Assembly (NCBI GenBank): GCA_017628395.1
Contig: JAGBZD010000042.1
Location: forward strand, 6,386-70,385
DNA length: 64,000 nt
From: Paludibacteraceae bacterium
Lineage (GTDB): Bacteria > Bacteroidota > Bacteroidia > Bacteroidales > Paludibacteraceae
Direction of reading: 5' to 3'
Shown here: positions 63,013-64,000 of the stretch, piece by piece
Layout: every line of letters starts with the position of its first letter
How positions within the stretch are numbered: position 1 is the first letter of the stretch
The notes under the pieces: generated by a model
The model's input: only the letters and a program-made list of their open reading frames with translations
Database searches by the model: none
Told to the model about the DNA's origin: nothing
Translations under genes and position numbers: made by a program

Positions 63013-63675
63013 CTAAACTGCGCCCTTAGCGCAAATTCCATCCTTCATCTCTATCACCCGATCACTAATCTCTGCCAATTCCTTGTCATGGGTCACGATA
63101 ATGATTGTCTGTCCATACTGCTCACGCATCTGCAATAGCAACTTGTGCAGTTCTTTCTTATTGCTCTCGTCCAGACTACCACTGGGTTCATCTGCCAATA
63201 TCACATCGGGCGACATCATCATCGCTCGCGCTGCTGCCACACGCTGTTTCTCGCCACCCGACAACTGATTGGGCTTATGCGCAAGGCGCTCTGCCATACC
63301 TAATTCCGTCAGCAGTTGCATAGCGCGTTGCTCCGCGTCTTTCTCACTCATACGAGCAATCAGAGCGGGCATCATCACATTCTCTAACGCTGTAAACTCA
63401 GGCAACAACTGATGAAACTGAAAAATAAAACCTATATGCCGATTGCGAAAATCTGCCAACTCCTTCTCCTTCAGCGCAAATACATCCACTCCGTCAATCA
63501 CCACACTACCCGAATCGGGCATATCAAGCGTACCAATAATCTGAAGCAGGGTCGTCTTTCCTGCCCCACTCTTACCGATAATACTAACAATCTCGCCTTT
63601 CTCTACAGTCAAATCCACTCCTTTCAATACTTGCAAAGAGTCAAAAGACTTGTGTATGTTTCTAACTTCTATCAT
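63013..63675 (-). CDS. ABC transporter ATP-binding protein (LolD/MacB-type)
   Basis: Walker [10 protein letters not shown], signature [14 protein letters not shown], Walker [12 protein letters not shown]. Confidence 0.85.
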   Translation of the reverse strand: MIEVRNIHKSFDSLQVLKGVDLTVEKGEIVSIIGKSGAGKTTLLQIIGTLDMPDSGSVVIDGVDVFALKEKELADFRNRHIGFIFQFHQLLPEFTALENVMMPALIARMSEKDAEQRAMQLLTELGMAERLAHKPNQLSGGEKQRVAAARAMMMSPDVILADEPSGSLDESNKKELHKLLLQMREQYGQTIIIVTHDKELAEISDRVIEMKDGICAKGAV

Positions 63676-63743
63676 CGTTTGTTAATTCGCAGTTTGACAT
63701 TTTGTTATTCTCACTCGTGTCCACTAAAAATCATCTATCTCTT

Positions 63744-63850
63744 TATTTTGTTTTGAGTTGCCAATGCGCCAAGCGCATTCTTCCAACTCAAACAAAATAT
63801 GCTCCTTGAATTGACGATAATTGACAATAAAATTGACCTTAATTGTTGTC
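63744..63850 (-). repeat. structured cassette core, copy 3 (compound hairpin plus four phased sites)
   Basis: Hairpin at 63746-63797 is identical in stem sequence to copies 1 and 2. TTGAC starts at 63811, 63821 and 63833, and TTGTT at 63843. Confidence 0.85.
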
Positions 63851-64000
63851 TAAAATAAAATCACTGTCAACTCGTATATAGTTCCTTTTAGTTGAATTGG
63901 TTTAATTCGCTCAATTCGCCGTTTCAAGTAAATTCCGTTTTCACCTTTCAGTTTCCCCTCAACGCATCATACAACGGTATTGTATCCAGAAAACAATGTT

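Noticed and set aside
1-64000. Search for integrases, transposases, phage genes, CRISPR-cas, restriction-modification or known defence-system genes flanking the AT-rich patches.
   Set aside because: None were recognised in any frame. The AT-rich patches lack detectable att-like direct repeats at their borders, so I do not call a mobile element.

Overview
This 64-kb segment reads like a Bacteroidota chromosome (Bacteroidales, possibly Prevotellaceae-like; inference). Most intergenic regions carry the Bacteroidetes sigma-A promoter signature: TTTG or CTTG near -33 and TAnnTTTG near -7, usually TACCTTTG. Start codons lack Shine-Dalgarno sequences, and several proteins end in T9SS-like C-terminal sorting motifs. 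I call about 60 protein genes and one tRNA-Arg(CCG).

Most genes are housekeeping: mtgA, LD-carboxypeptidase, a serine-palmitoyltransferase-like gene next to an SDR, mdh, a trmD-yidD-rnpA-hemD block, LOG, a Fur-like regulator, an RNase R-like gene, an RlmI-like gene, upp, dprA, folB, parC, asd, acpP-fabF, mutL, rpiB, queG, MarC, an HD hydrolase, Hsp20 and sufS.

Three accessory patches stand out:
- 219-3326 is visibly AT-rich and encodes a 650-aa multi-pass membrane protein, a WG-repeat protein and a small membrane protein, none with a recognisable family.
- 30694-33772 is also AT-rich. It holds a 5'-truncated RHS tip with a C-terminal toxin-like domain, a tightly coupled membrane-anchored candidate immunity gene, and a TPR-TM-LuxR-type one-component regulator.
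- 53-64 kb holds a 2635-aa secreted protein built from four supermodules of about 555 aa, followed by a 48-codon ORF. Upstream lies a tandemly duplicated, highly structured 241-bp non-coding cassette. Its core (a 52-nt compound hairpin plus four helically phased AATTGAC-type sites) recurs upstream of the neighbouring lolD-like/gldB-like operon. This is my best candidate for something undescribed.

The window is also peppered with short 7-, 11- and 14-bp tandem arrays at gene junctions. Two intrude into essential genes: a 23-codon in-frame insertion in asd and a C-terminal extension of fabF. I saw no CRISPR array, rRNA, integrase, transposase or phage genes. All family assignments come from reading motifs by eye, not from database searches.
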